The notes beneath the pieces are model-generated. The model was not told the DNA's origin, did no database searches, and saw only the letters and a program-made list of their open reading frames with translations. A stretch of DNA of 63,978 nucleotides, filler included, from Phoronis australis (Eukaryota; Animalia; Phoronida), in assembly GCA_002633005.1 (NCBI GenBank). It is 8 parts of 8 records of this genome, joined end to end, with 100 filler letters (N's around TTAATTAATTAA, not from the genome) between each part and the next. Parts side by side here need not be neighbours in the genome. Positions count along the whole stretch, not along the records: positions 37,780 to 41,258 come from NMRA01000709.1; positions 41,359 to 45,527 come from NMRA01002678.1; positions 45,628 to 61,364 come from NMRA01001523.1; 5 more parts are not named here. One strand, written 5' to 3'. Shown here piece after piece: positions 39,541 to 53,553 of this stretch. The position numbers were made by a program, and so were the translations under genes. Each line of letters opens with the position of its first letter. Position 1 is the stretch's first letter.

Positions 39541-41358
39541 CCCGCAGGCTATGAAGGGTCAAACACTAAGTCCTTGTTTGGAGGCGGGGAGGATTTGGGC
39601 AAACGTTTGATTCAAAATTATAATAATGGGCTGTGTTAATTAGAGTCAGCATGTGAATTATTGAACACTAGCCTCAATTCACTTTCGTATATCTTAGTCG
39701 GGCACAAACTACAATAGTGAGAAGCTTCAACAATATTTCTTAAGATTGCCTGTCCAAATAACTTCATGCACACCAGCTTTCTGAAGAACAGCTTCAAAGT
39801 CTTGCTTTAGTTTGGAATGGCAAATGACATCTTCATGTGTTAGAAGCTTTGATTCAATGAACTCCAAACAAAACTGTAGAAAAACATCTATGAAAACTGT
39901 GGATTCGTCACTCTTCACAGTCGTTGTCTTTCTATTTTTTATAGCATGATGATCTGTGGTACTTGGCTTCTAAGACACAAGATCTTTGTCTTTGAATTTC
40001 ATTTGCGTATTCAGGGCTCTGGACTGAGCTGTTGCTTGCGATACAAGTCCAACTGAAAAAAACCCGAACTGTTAACACTAATTTAACATTCAACTATGAG
40101 TGAGTTGGCATGCAACTTTTTCAGATGGACTTATCAGGAACTGATCCACCACCAGCCTAACAAATTTACATGCCATCTGATCTGTCGCCTAAAAATGTTG
40201 ATCGTCTAAAAATTAGATTAGTTGATGCAACTGAAAATAAATCAGCTGATATACCAGTGCAGTGGTTGAAATTTAATTTTTTTAAATGAGATGCTCAATC
40301 GATTTACACTTAGGGTAATCGACCTTTGACGAAATGGACAGTGGCTTCCATTGTCCTAAAATTACGACGGCGACGATGGCCACTTAGGCATTTTAATTTA
40401 ATTATCATTGCAGCTTCCTAAGTAATGAATGTTTACATGAAATTGAGAAGAGGTTCCCCCTATCACAGGACTATGGCAGGGGATGACGGCCACTTGGGCA
40501 TGTGGTTTGCAACCATCTACTCTATTTAATCTTTTAAAAATTTTTTGACTTAAAGTGCTTTAAAATCACACCCTCAGCATAACGCCATATGATTATCCTG
40601 AGCACAAGCAGTGTCGATGTGGCAACTGAACAATGGCATGTTCGAAAAACAGGAGTATTTGTTTAAACTGGAAGCAAATGAAAACATTAACGACTTCCTC
40701 AGAGGCATCTCTCTATGCAGTACTTCAAAACTTATAGGACCATAATTTGCCGAAAAGCATCCGGCATATGGAGTACCTATGGTATGACCACCGTCTCTAC
40801 TGGGTCAGCAGTATTGTCTAAGGCCTAGGCAGCCAATGGGCTGAACAAGTTAAAAACAACTGGTGATAATACTGAAACACACATGGAAATTACCAAGATG
40901 TACCTTTCAAAAACATGTACCTGTTTTTGAAATCTATACTTCTTTCTCTTTCTTGAAATATGGTCCACAATATACTTTTCCTGCTAACAAATGATGCACT
41001 CATATTTCAGAATGTTCCTATCTTGTTCAGGTTAATTGGGTGTTTCAGATTTTGGAAGTATTATTGATTTTCTTGGGAAATCTTGGATAACATCTGTATC
41101 ACTTTCAGCAACTTCAGCTTTAGTCCTTCTGCTGGTGCCTTGAAACGTTGCTATGCCGTTCTATGTCCTTTCAATTTTTTGGTCTGACACTTGGTCTTCT
41201 AGTCTACAGCACTCAGGAGTATACTGTGTAGGCTATACCAGGACATCCAGCAATTTTCNNNNNNNNNNNNNNNNNNNNNNNNNNNNNNNNNNNNNNNNNN
41301 NNTTAATTAATTAANNNNNNNNNNNNNNNNNNNNNNNNNNNNNNNNNNNNNNNNNNNN

Positions 41359-41617
41359 TTTCGGGCAAAACACAGCTGTCAGGTATCCATACTGTTTCGT
41401 TGCGCTTCACCCACACTCCGCTTGACGTCGCTTGAACCACTGTCTTGCATGTATCCGTAACTGTCGATTTATTGAACCAAGACGACGAATTAGTCTGTAT
41501 CATGAACGGCTTTAGAGTAACTATATTGTCAAATTTCAAAGCAAAGTATGATAATGTTAGCCATAGAAGTAAGCTGCATGACACAAACATAACGATGGCT
41601 CTTGTATTCGTGGCCAT
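41359..41617 (-). CDS. Possible first coding exon of a type II membrane protein (PC-esterase/SGNH-like stem), cut by a gap
   Basis: acaaATGG start preceded by a ttcAG acceptor (~41644). Hydrophobic anchor AIVMFVSCSLLLWLTLSYFAL, three sequons (NSS, NKS, NET), then C...SSGVWV...WIPDSCVLP. Confidence 0.5.
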
Positions 41618-42302
41618 TTGTCACTTCCAGGGATTCCAGCGGTCTGAAATACCATAAGCTTGCATGTGGGAGACCACTGCTAGACCACAAACTTTCACAA
41701 TTACAAACATTAGCACAATCTAATCTGCGAAGGTTTCTGCAGACCTTCGAAGCACAAACTGTCGTAATTTTTGTTCCAACAAATTGTGATTCCTTCAAGG
41801 CTAGCTCAGCTTGACATCAGGCACATGTAAATCAATATTTGCCCTACATGTATCTGTCCATAATTCAGTTGTTAAGCTGACGCTTCTATTTTGTAAACTT
41901 AATTCACCCTTACCTTCAATTCGAAGTCTAAAGGCAGTGTTATCTACAAAGTTGATTGTAATGGCTGAACTCAGAAGTAGGCTTGCTGACTGAATGATTG
42001 AACAATGTCTTCTGATGAAGTAGTATTAAAAGGGCGTATCCTCATTATAGTCACCGCGCAGATGTCACGGGTCATGTACCTCTGTATTGTGTTTTTAAAA
42101 TACGGAGTTTTCCGTACTTGCGCTCAATTCTTTATAATACTTTGGCCAAGAGCTAATGTAATAAACTCACATGATGTATCTCATAAATCCAATAAGGGTG
42201 AATAGTTTTACATGTGCGTGTCTTACCAACTAGTACAGGGTGTTTTTGTGTCTTTTGTGCATTCTTATTTCCATTGAAATATTTAATGTTAATATATTGC
42301 GA

Positions 42303-42454
42303 TGTTGTACATGTACGATCTGTAAGGTGCTGCCACCTATTGGGTACCTCTAGAGAGAGGATTCCAAGATGGCGCAGCCCAGGTTGGGTTTGTAAAAAGA
42401 ATATAAGTTTTTAGCATAAACAAGATATTATTGGATCATTACACTGGCGACGAG
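42303..42454 (+). mobile_element. Possible short LTR remnant followed by a PBS-like sequence
   Basis: TGT...ACA (42303-42443), then TGGCGACGAG (42445-42454), a Gypsy-type PBS-like motif. No partner LTR seen. Confidence 0.3.
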
Positions 42455-42524
42455 TGGCGAAATGAACCCAATACAAGCTGATGTTAGATGTTCCTTGGTC
42501 CTGGTTTTCAAATGGCGAACAGTT

Positions 42525-42700
42525 TCGCCTATATAAGGAACATCTAAATTCTGACAGTAATTCACATGTAAATATTCACCTGCAGAGCTCCAATCATTGT
42601 TATCAGCAGTGCTCTTTTAATGACTTTGCAATAATAGACCAGGCAGTAACAACAAAGGAGCTTAAAATTCGTGAGGCTTTACATATCAGTTGGTGCAAGC
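42525..42700 (+). mobile_element. Penelope-like GIY-YIG endonuclease C-terminal fragment
   Basis: KEHL....SHV..HL......C....FAIIDQA....ELKIREALHISW pattern. Confidence 0.7.
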
Positions 42701-43375
42701 TGTTGTGTCTTACCCCGACCACGTTAGTCTAATATACACTAGAACTGTAAGACAGCTTACCTAACTGGTTATACACAAGTCTCTGGATTCTACGTTGAAG
42801 TCGTTAGAGTCGTATTGGATTTCGTCTGATCTCTTTCGAGTCTCGAGTGCGAAGGACGAGTGAACCACGAGGTCGTGACGTCATCGTTACATCATGTTAC
42901 CCAGCAGGTTCCATCTATTCTCCAATCCCAGCCAAGATAACAGAGAAGGCCGCGAACCTGACTATCCAATCAAACCTCACGTAACATATGCACTGGTTCA
43001 CTACACACTCGACACAAGGAATTCCACTTGTTCTTCACTTGACTTCAGCCTTCCGTATCAAACACAAAATTCAATAAATTTACTCAAAACAGGGTTTTAA
43101 CAAACCATTAGCAATTGTCCTTTCTTCTGTAGACTGTAGCATTCACGGTGATTCACGGTGTCCTGCTCCAGCGAGTTCGCATAAAAATTCACGGTCAAAG
43201 CCCAAAAATGCTCCCAAAAAGCCCATGCATATTTCCTCCTTTTACGGTTCGAGGTCAAGGACTTTACGGAATTATCTGATGAGTTACGGACAGATGGCAA
43301 TTGCCGGTTCATCACGGAACTAGGTTACGAAATCGTCAGGCTAAGTGTGGAGTTACCGATGTCATGGCAATCCAC

Positions 43376-43462
43376 TGCAGCTTATAGTCGATTGAGTACA
43401 TCCAACACATTACAATAGGATAATTGGCATGTCGGCTGACCTCGCCTAACGCAGGATAAGGG
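43376..43462 (-). mobile_element. Inverted, diverged left-end fragment of the piggyBac element at 44348
   Basis: Reverse complement reads cccttatcctgcgttaggcgaggtcagccgacatgccaattatcctatt... Confidence 0.8.
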
Positions 43463-44347
43463 TTTAAGACACAAAATTTTATAACTAGGTCAGCATGCGT
43501 TCGCAAGGGATACGGAAATGGAGTGAAAATTCCCACCTTTGCACCATGCTTGAACTAACAGCAAGGTGAATTTATATTGTTTTTGTTAATAACTAATTTT
43601 GCATGTGCTAAAACTGACTCTACCACATTTGAAATTGTTTTAGATGTTGGTAAGAAGTAACAATGGTGAGGTAGTAAAAGACAAGGTAGAGTTATGCTTT
43701 AATTGAGAATTGATTAACTTGAATTTCATTACTTTACAGGACACGATTAGACATGGATTTGTGGGAATGGTAGGCAGGTATGTGTGCTGAGATATTTACC
43801 TAGGTAGACTGTTTAAAAGTTCCACGGGTAAATTGGTGCAATTTGAAAATTTTTCAAACAACTCACCGTCTCTATGACACTAATTTTGCTGAGTGCAACT
43901 AAGCGCTAAGGTGTTTGCCAGGTGAATGACATTCGTGCTCAGACTGTGTGCTGTTGTGACCAAATTAATAGAAGAGAACTACGTTACGCACAGGTTATAC
44001 TGCTGCAGTTCATAATACATACCTGTGCTGGCTCATGTGTTTAAACGTCATATTGTTCTCATGTATATTTGTGAGCATAGTTGCAATATTTATCTTTAAC
44101 TTGCGTTTGATTGTTGCCTGTCCCTGCTGTTTACTGCAAGTGGTGCTTTATTGTAGTCACATATTTTTACAGGACCCCCTTGGTTCGCCTGAACTCCATG
44201 AGCAAGGAGACCGGTAAGAATATAGTATTTAAATTTAGCTTAACTTGCCCCTGTGTATGTTACAGGCCACCCTGCTACTGAAGAAGAAGTTCAAATTTTT
44301 AAAAATCTGTGGACATTTCAAAAGAATTTGTTGTATTACATGCTTAA

Positions 44348-45429
44348 CCCTTATCCTGCGCTAGGCGAGGTCAGCCGACAAGCCAATTATCCTATTAAAA
44401 TGCGTTGGGTGTACTCAATCGCCTATAATAAGCTACGGCTAGACTGCGTAAGGAGGGTGTACTCACCCCAGGACACTGGTGTTTTTCATTCAGAAATTGT
44501 GAAAGCCCCGTATGCTGTTTATATATGTGAGCATGNTTTGAAAGTTTATGCAAGTTTTATCTTGGCTAGTGCCAAACGTGGTAATGACTGTTGACCAGTT
44601 TCTTGAGGAAGTGTTCATGGACTCAGATAGTGAAAACGAGCTTGAATTGGCACTCGAAAGTGGCGGTGACAGTGACTGGGAAACTAATACAACAGTCACA
44701 AGTAATGCAGATTCTATCGATTCGGATCTCAGTGTAATTTTGGAGGAGTTACCGGTCCCTGAAGCTGAGCTTGGACGGGCCTACAACGATGCTTGCCTCA
44801 CGCCCTTCGCGCATAATACAGAGCCTCTGAAACATGATGGAACTCAATCAGAACTAGAAATTTTTGTGACTTTTTCACAAAATAGCTTTGTGTCCCCACA
44901 TGTGTTTCAAGTTTTTGCACACCAAGATGAACTTCAAAACAGACTTTAGCAAGCGACTGCACCAGTCATAAATTTGGTGCAAAGTTGAGGTAGGCCCTAT
45001 GTTATATACTGTACATTCTTGTTTGTAGATGTGATGTTACAGACAATAAATCTGCTTTATTAAACATGCAAGCCCCATGAATTCCCTTTTAAAAATCTTA
45101 TTACGGTTTTTGAGTGTCAGCTATAATGTTCTCATGTGCGAAAACAGATAAAAACAAAGGGTTCCAGTTTGAAAGTTTATAGAATTGTTTACAGCAAGGC
45201 CATGGTAAAGATATGTATATGGTGAAAATCTCCATTAAATTCTGAACAACTTTTGTGCAGACTACTTTTATGTGAAGTTGACATTACCCCCTTCAAATTT
45301 CCAATTTAAAAATGTTAGGACATTAATCTGAGTGACCTTTGTAACAGCCTAGTGCATAGCAGCAGTGGTGACCTACTTAGCTCAGCACACAGGGAAAGTT
45401 GTCTGAATAGAGGCTTAGCAGGATAAGGG
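44348..45429 (+). mobile_element. Non-autonomous piggyBac element
   Basis: TTAA|CCCTTATCCTGC ... GCAGGATAAGGG|TTAA: 12 bp perfect TIR with TTAA TSD. Keeps an acidic transposase-like N-terminus (MTVDQFLEEVFMDSDSENELE...DSDWE, ~44584-44880). Confidence 0.88.
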
Positions 45430-48400
45430 TTAAGATGCTAACTAACAATATCCCTTGTGCAAATCCGCCATCTTTAAATTTAGCTCAGTGATGCATTATG
45501 GGTAATGGGGTTACCGCTTATCACAGANNNNNNNNNNNNNNNNNNNNNNNNNNNNNNNNNNNNNNNNNNNNTTAATTAATTAANNNNNNNNNNNNNNNNN
45601 NNNNNNNNNNNNNNNNNNNNNNNNNNNACACAACCATTTAATCTCCTTTCATTCCTCGTCCCTGCATACTTATCCAAAAATGCAGATACAGCATACAGTC
45701 GGGCACCAGGCAACGACCTCGAGAACAAATTTTCTAAAATGGCGAAGCGCCAGGGCTCGCTAATAAAGTGGATTGAGGAACGGACACCTTTCGGTATTAT
45801 TCATTTTATCGTGTCTGAATTTACAAAGATATTGCACAGCAATGATACTTATATAGCAGAGCATGACACTCAATGATTCAATCAACCGTAGCCCTGTGCC
45901 TAAATGACGATATTGAATGGAAACCAGTCTCAGATTCGTCTGCATGGACTGAATTATACATCGTCTGCTATGCTGGCCAATGCCGATCCACTGTAACTGA
46001 TTTATGTTGAGCAAGACGATATCAACAGAAGTTTCGTTATACGAATTAGTTCACTGCGAATAAAAACTTCAAATATTTTTTGTTCTACGTTTGTCACGTC
46101 ATGAATAAGTGAATCAAGAGATCACATTATGATACTTCACTGACATTGTCAATTTGTTTTGCGAAGTATCCTTTACCCAGATACTTCCACTGCATAATGC
46201 TTGTACTAAGGTCTTGTCTATCCTGAGTGAACTTGTAGAATGCACCAAACTGCACCCAATAAAATCTAGTTTTTCAAATTTTGCCTGGGGAAGGTCTACA
46301 AACCCCTCCCCCCATGGGAAGATCTCATTTTGCATGTTGCGCCCTTTTCCGCATACACTGCGACCATTTACCACCGTGCTCCTTTCGAAACCCATATTCA
46401 CGTGTGGCAACGGGCTTTGCATCCCGTTTAAGCCATTCAAACCCAGGGGAAACCCTGTATACAATGGCTGTTTGTTTTGTGATTATCATGGAAGAATGCA
46501 CCACAACATGAGTGACAGTATTCCTGAGGAGACCTAGAGCAAACTGTGAAATAATGTAGCTGCTGAAGGGTTTTTCTTGGTTAGAAGACAAGTACAGAGA
46601 CCGCCGCTATAGAAGCAATTACAATGTTCAGTAACAATAAAATTCAAGAAGAGAGAGACAAAAATTATGATTACAGCCAGGATGAGTGGGTACGAAAAGG
46701 GAAAAGCATTCCTGTAAAGAAAGGTGGCTGTATGAAACGGTGTCAGCTGATGCAAAAAATATGAAATCATTTGGAAGAATCAAACCCTAATCGAATTATA
46801 ATGGATTCACAGCCAACTTTGGCAGCCTCCCATCTTAGTTGAAATTAATCAAAATTATGCTGTCATGGAATGCCTGACATTTCAGTAATATGAATTGAAT
46901 CAACGAAATACTGACATTTGAAAGAATGAAAACACATAAATGAACTGTTGGCTATTAATCTGAAAGACCCATCAACGTTTTTTTAGCAGATGAGATGGAA
47001 CAACGCAGTTGAGAACACCTTGGGTTGTCTAAATCTGCCAAATTTCTCTTATACATCTTGATGCTGTGCATCACTGTTGTCATTGCTTGTTGTGTTATTT
47101 TGTTTCATTGATCATCACGTTGTTTATTTCTTTATAGGTGACAGTATATCTTTCGTCCTCGTGATTTTGTCTCTTTCAGTAACCTGGTTTATTCCAGTTG
47201 TTACATGTGGCATTTGCTCACTAGAGGAATAGTATCTTGACTGGCTAGCTATTGTTACATATTAGCTTTTGTATTGTTACAAGGTTTAGGTGACTGGTGT
47301 TTCTTTAATGTGGCGCATTCATCTTCAGAGTTCATTTGCCAGTGTAAACGCAATGTTACTAAGGAAATTAACACAAGCAGTAAAGCAAAACGTGTTTTTT
47401 TAGCACTTGTTGAGCTCATCTGCTAAAAAACGTTCGAGAATTGACTCTTACCGGTAAGGCTGATGTCACTGAATCGCCGGGTGACTGGATACCTGACAGC
47501 CTAACAGTTATTTTTTGGGAGATTCGGGGGTGTAAGGGTGCAGAATATTCACTATCAGTGGGTCATTTTCACTTTAAAAACACCAATTAAGACTAATTTA
47601 ATAATTCCCCCTTAGAACTTTCGCAAAAATTATTATGGTATTAGAAACTTTCGAAATAAGTGCCAGTATTTATTTCTTGCCGATGTTATGCTACCTGTTT
47701 AATGTTGTTCCTGAAGACTAATCTTTGATGACAGGTGCTTGAATGTAGCACGAGCTTCCTTGCCACGTGCTTTTAACTCAACAAAGTTTTTATTTGTCTT
47801 CAATTCGCCAGTTTCACGTGTATAAAGAAATTTAGATTCCTGATGAGGGAGATCTGTACGGGAAAGATACAATACAATCCCTCTGACAAGTACGCTGTGT
47901 CCGTTCTGAAAGGCCAGACCATAATTGGACACCTCCCTCGCAAGTTCACCAAAATTTGAAGCACGGCGGAAGTTTGAAGTGTAGTCACGGCTAAATACTG
48001 ACATAGCAGCGAGGCTCGTGGTCTACAAATTCCGTGCACAATGATTTTTTCAGGACTGTCAGATCTTAATTGATAAATTCAAGACGTTACTGTAGAATTT
48101 TAGAACTGTGCAGAAAGCATTTTTCGCATGTATATGGCATACATGGACAGGGCACTTATTTTAGCAAAGTCTGAAAATGCGTGGGGGAGCTTTTTTTCCG
48201 GCGACAGTGGTGCGTGGAGCGAAAAGTTGTCGAAGGGAGAATACAAAGTTTGCTAACCACTAACAACGGGACCGACCAGTGCCGCAGTGCGATATCAGGG
48301 ATATTGTGGATATTTGGTACATTTAATAAGGACATCTTACGCGAAAAATAAAATATTTGTGCGCCACAAAGTTTGGTAAGTTGATCGCTTAAGAATTAGT

Positions 48401-49649
48401 AGAAACACTACTGTTTTTGTGACGTTTTATCACATGTTGTGCAGTGGCCCCAAACTTTCTTCAGCAAATCCGGAAAATTGCAAATGTGGCTGAAAGTGTT
48501 AGCCAATGAATCGCATCAAAGATCGGTTCTGCATATCCCATGTACACGCAACTTGCTTACAAGTCATCGGGAGGGCTGTTCTCGGTTAGTATTCTTTTGA
48601 ACTTGGATTTGGCAACAACCAAATAACAGTTGGACTAACAAGAGTTGCTTTATATTTGCCATGCATCTGCTGAGAAGTGTCTCAGGTCGCATTCGTTGGA
48701 AATTCCAGGTCGCATTTTGCAACTTGTTACAAGCTGATGAAAATCTCGCATTTCCAAATTTCAGGTCACAAATGTGACCTGCAGCTCGCTATGTCGAACC
48801 CTGAACGTGTTTGAATACATAAGTTTTCTTACGTAAACTTTTTTCATTCAAGTATTTTCCTGTCTTGGACTAGACATGTGTCACATGAATTAACGTGTTT
48901 GAATACATAAGTTTTCTTACGTGAACTTTTTTCATTCAAGTATTTTCCTGTCTTGGACTAGACATGTGTCACATGAATTAACGTGTTTGATTACAGAGGT
49001 TTTTTACGTAAGTTTTAGACAAAGACTGGACAGGAACATGTCTTTTTATACAGGGTCAATTAAGTATATTTTGAACCAAACTGACAATGAAATACGTGAA
49101 AAGAACCCTATTTGTTTAAACGTATATTAATAACACGCCGTTACTGCAAAATTACAACCCAACATACTTGACCAAAACTGGGGCAAGCTATCACTTATTC
49201 ACGTACGAGGATGCCATTTTTCAAAAGACTGACCCTTCTCTTCTTGAACCAAGTGTTCGGCCGAAGGTAGATCCATAGCTACCTATCCTACAGCAATATG
49301 AAAACTTTCTACTCAGAATTAGACCAGCTACAAGCACTTCTATCTATTCAACGTCGACCAATGCCAGGAGCTTCAAGGAAGCCTTTTTTACGAGTTGCAA
49401 GATGAAGAATACAAGCAGGTCGCCATTTCTGTTATAAACTTCAACACGTGCTTCTTTGTTAATCATGCTGACGCAGCATCTCATTTGTTTCTGATACTGT
49501 TGAAATACGAGTCAAAGTCGTGGTGGATGAGTGATACCATACTACCACTCAGGATGTACGCTAAATATCGAGGACAGGCCCTGGTATATTCTCTAATGCA
49601 CACCATGAACCGTGATCATGGGAATTACCCCAAAGTAGACGAAGGAGTT

Positions 49650-50283
49650 GTTGGATATGATGTCCTTAAGAATGAGGAACTCAAAGAAAGACTTGGGTCA
49701 GGTAGCCAGAAGACAGGCACCGCCAAGCAGTACAAAGGAACAAAGGACAGACTCCACGTTCATCGATGACCAGAAACAAGGTGACACAGAGTGTTTCAAT
49801 TGTTATGGCAAGGGTCATTTAACCAGGGACTGCTGGATGAAACAATCACAATCCAAAAAGTCTGCAAGTGAGTAGTCATCCTCCTTGCAGCAAGAACAGA
49901 TTAAGAAAGAAGATGCCAAAAAGGTGGGAATGCATCAAGCTGTTGTAGCGACGGTAGAGCAGCACATAGTTGATGGCTGTCTGAAGTTAGTGAATGGGAC
50001 ACAGATACCCGTAGAGACAGGGACTTGTGATGAGCACAGAGAATCTCCAGATGACTACAATATGCCCGTTTGTGGCAGTTACGTCAATGAAAAAAAGGTA
50101 CGTGACACCGGTTGTAGTAGTGCAACGGTGAAGACGTCCCAACTCAAAGAAAGTCAACTGTCGCGGAAACAGCACATCTGTGTGTTAATAGATGGGACAT
50201 CATCATACTTTCCCATAGCAAAGATTGATGTAGACACACCATACTTCCTGGGTGAAATCGAGGCGATATGTGTGTCGCGATGA
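49650..50283 (+). mobile_element. Gypsy-type LTR retrotransposon relic: gag zinc knuckle and aspartic protease
   Basis: CFNCYGKGHLTRDC (CCHC), then VRDTGCSSATVK...VLIDGT...PIAKIDVDTPYF. Stops and frameshifts present. Confidence 0.8.
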
Positions 50284-52439
50284 CAAGCTCACTTCAGATA
50301 CGTGTTACCCAAGTGACCTTTTAGAGTGAGAGTTTTGACAGCCAGTAATTGAAATGTGTTTGATTCGAGCGATTGTGAGTTTGCACTATGAGAGCACATT
50401 ACAAATACTGGAAGCTTTTTACCTCTGTTCGAGGGCATATTATTGTCTATTTCACTCATCTTTCATATCAGTAGCTTTTACTTTCACAACAACTAAACCT
50501 ATTTGCAGACACCTTGTTCTCGCAGACCAGAAGGACAGAAGACCGAAATATGAAGGCGAGATGCCGACCCTCTCATACCGAGATAGCCTTTCTGGGCTAT
50601 TTATTTGAGTAGCATTAAAAAACGCAGAGCTAGCCGCACAGGGTCAGTAGTTTGATACACATGTTTACTACAATAGTGACAAACTGTCTATTGTCTTATC
50701 AACGTGTAGGTGTTGCAAGGTGTAGGGTGTTTACTGCGGACACTGTTGACTGAAAGCAAGTTGCTCTAGAGGAACTAGTGCTGTGGATGTTGTCGCACGT
50801 CAGCCGAGTCTGACCTTTGACATACAAGGTTTCCTGCGCTCCCCATAAACTCACTGCTACCCATGCTTAAGCATGAGGTCACAGCTAGTTTTAATGTAAC
50901 CAACAGAAGTTACGTCTGGACTGGTCTGTCCTTCAAGTTCTTGTGTTGATATATATTAAAATTATATTTGGGTCATTCCACATGAAATCACTTAGAGGGT
51001 GTCAGGTCAACATCTCAGAATTGTATGAAAATTTACTGAGATGTTAATCATGGTACTCAATGATTACCTGCAACATTTTATTGACCTAAGTCAAAGGGTC
51101 TCCGAGATATGGCCCTTCACAATATTGTGTAACACATCCACATTTGACCTTGTGAATTGAAACTGTGATTTTTTCAGATTTTGTAGGCCTCTCACTTCAA
51201 AATTAAGCGTTGGATTGTCCTGAAAATGCTTGTATGGATTAACTGGATACCAGGTTGTCATAATCAATCACCAGAGTTCACCTAGCAAATGTCATACCTG
51301 AACTAAGGGGTCCCAAATGCCAAAAAACTATGATCGCAAATCCCGACTTTTGATTGACTCCAGAATATTAAATAAAAGAGATGAAAGCATTTTAAATGTC
51401 AATAAGTAAATTTCTTATTACTCTTAACTGTAAAAAGTAATTAACAACCTATTTTGGTGGTCAATGTTGAAGCTATGTGGCACTAAAAAGCAGCTTCAGT
51501 TAAGTAACACATTTCTTAGCCATTTCTGGCACCCGAAAAAAAAACAATGTCTGCAGTTTACAATGATATTGACTTTTTTCTCATAAAGTGAAACATGTAT
51601 GAAGATTATAAAACCAAAAAGAAATTTTGTGTTTAAAATCCTTCATGGTTTTAACGACTCTTTCGTAAAGTGAGGATTTTCATAAAATTTTCTCATCTGC
51701 AATGGCAGTAAGGTCATAATATCGATGGAAGTAATGATTTTCAGGCTCAGGTTATTGAATTTATTCCAAAGGACAGTGTCATGTTGGTTGCAAACCTTAC
51801 TACAATTATGTCAGGGACTATGATGGAGTCATAAGGTCACAACCAACAAAACTCCTTATAAGGAAAAGGCTGAAAGGTTCAAGTGCGAAATGCAGAAGTA
51901 ACAGCCAATAATATTCATCATCCTGAAAATACCAAACAATAAGATTTGTCAAAAGCATTTCCATTCAAAACCAATAGCATCATTTTCACTTAGTGTCATT
52001 CCACATTATGTCAAGCAGTCGGGCTCGTGTTGAAGATCACTCCTGTTCTAACAAAGCAACTAAAAGCATGCCAAGTCCATGCCCGTGCCACAAAACGTAT
52101 TTGAGCCGACAGCAAGGTGTCATTCTTATAAAAGACCTTGATCTACAAAAAAGGAAACTTCTGTCCTGGAGAACTGGATTGTCACATTTTTATAAAGATG
52201 AACTTTGTATGCACCATGAGGAACAGTTTTTAACTTGCCTTCTTGTGTCACACAAAGGACATTACAAGTAAGTAATATTCTCACTCACTGCATTGATCAA
52301 TGTGCTTCAAGGATTACTGAGCTTTAATGTAGGTTATCAAAAATATATTTCAAATCGTTTTGTCTTGTATTGTGAGAATGTTCTTCTCAAGTTTTAAAAT
52401 TGAGACTACTAAAATGGTTCTTAAAATAACAAAGCCATT

Positions 52440-52900
52440 AGTTTTTACAATTCATGCCCAGGCAAAGATGCTCTGGAAGACCATCTGATCCGAGAGCTCA
52501 ACGACAGCGACCTTGACATGATTAGTTATAAGCAGTGGATGCACATGGATTCTACTATCATCTTGTCGACTTTCACCTCAACTGTGGAAGAGTTTGTCCA
52601 CAAAACTGAGGATTGCTTTGGTTCACTCAGACAACACAATTTTATTTCGAAAGCCCAATGAAAGATAACCGAGAAGTAGACACAGCAATTGTTATGTTAG
52701 ATTTTGCTGATAATTATTCAGTTATTTTGCAGGATGCTGTTCAGTGGTTCCACTGGAACAATTCCCAAGCTACTCTTCATCCATTCGTAGTATATTTTAA
52801 GACCGAAGAGCTCCAATGTTTAAATGCATGTATTATTTCCGACAACATGAAGCATGATACTACATTTGTGCATGCATTTATTGCCACTTTGATACTGCGT
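52440..52900 (+). pseudogene. DNA transposase fragment, tentatively Sola2-like; duplicated at ~59430-59890
   Basis: LDFADNYS..LQDAVQWFHWNNSQATLHPFVVY...IISDNMKHDT motif block. Superfamily assignment is from memory and unverified. Confidence 0.55.
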
Positions 52901-52931
52901 GATGAACACTTTGCTGTTTGTGAAAAATGTG

Positions 52932-53553
52932 AGTTCCCGGCTTCCGGTGGCGACTCCAAAACAAGAGGAATACGGTCCTCAGGATTGTCGTTCTGAAGGG
53001 TGACTTTTTCGAGGTCTATTTTTCAAAAATGTAATTACTTATCGAAAATAAAAGTATACGTGGCATTATTACATGTTAAAATTTGATTTTAAACTATTTC
53101 AAGGTACCGATGACCAAAACTGTGCAAGATTTTTACGGATAGCAAATTCAAGTTCAGGTTAGACAACAACACAAATCCAGACTAATTTAATGCATGAGGG
53201 CGTATTTTAACTAATGAATACACAGAAGTGTCTAGAGTTCGTGTCCTAGCTCATTTCGGCGCCTGTGAGACACTGGTTGATATAGCATAGTTACTCTGCT
53301 AATTTGTCTCTCTAGTATTTTGATACACCTTATAAATAAATGTTTCTAGAAGAATCGTAAAAAAATAGCAACTCGAAGTATATAGCATGCACAGCACTAG
53401 AGGAGGCTCAGCACAGACAGCCCTACGGTAACACAATAGCCTACCTAGGTTTGCACATGCACGGTGCTATTTAAGATAGTACTTGTGATTTTGTAAAAAT
53501 TTCAACTATATGCCCGAAGGGCAAGTGGCTTAAAAAGTTAATGTTGAGCCCTG
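52932..53553 (-). mobile_element. Truncated, internally deleted inverted copy of the CAGGGCTCAACA element; duplicated at ~59923-60541
   Basis: Ends in gttaatgttgagccctg and is reverse-complementary to parts of 56882-58303. Confidence 0.8.

Noticed and set aside
43740-43777. Mini-exon as the next Tec kinase exon
   Set aside because: The translation (DTIRHGFVGMV...) does not match kinase subdomain I-II and has no VAIK.
46860-47100. Possible PIF/Harbinger transposase traces (AVENTLGCL; VIACCV)
   Set aside because: Too short and degenerate to support without a profile search.
49395-49769. 124-aa ORF conserved in both duplicates
   Set aside because: Conservation reflects the recent duplication. 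It has a non-ATG start in copy 1 and no recognisable domain.
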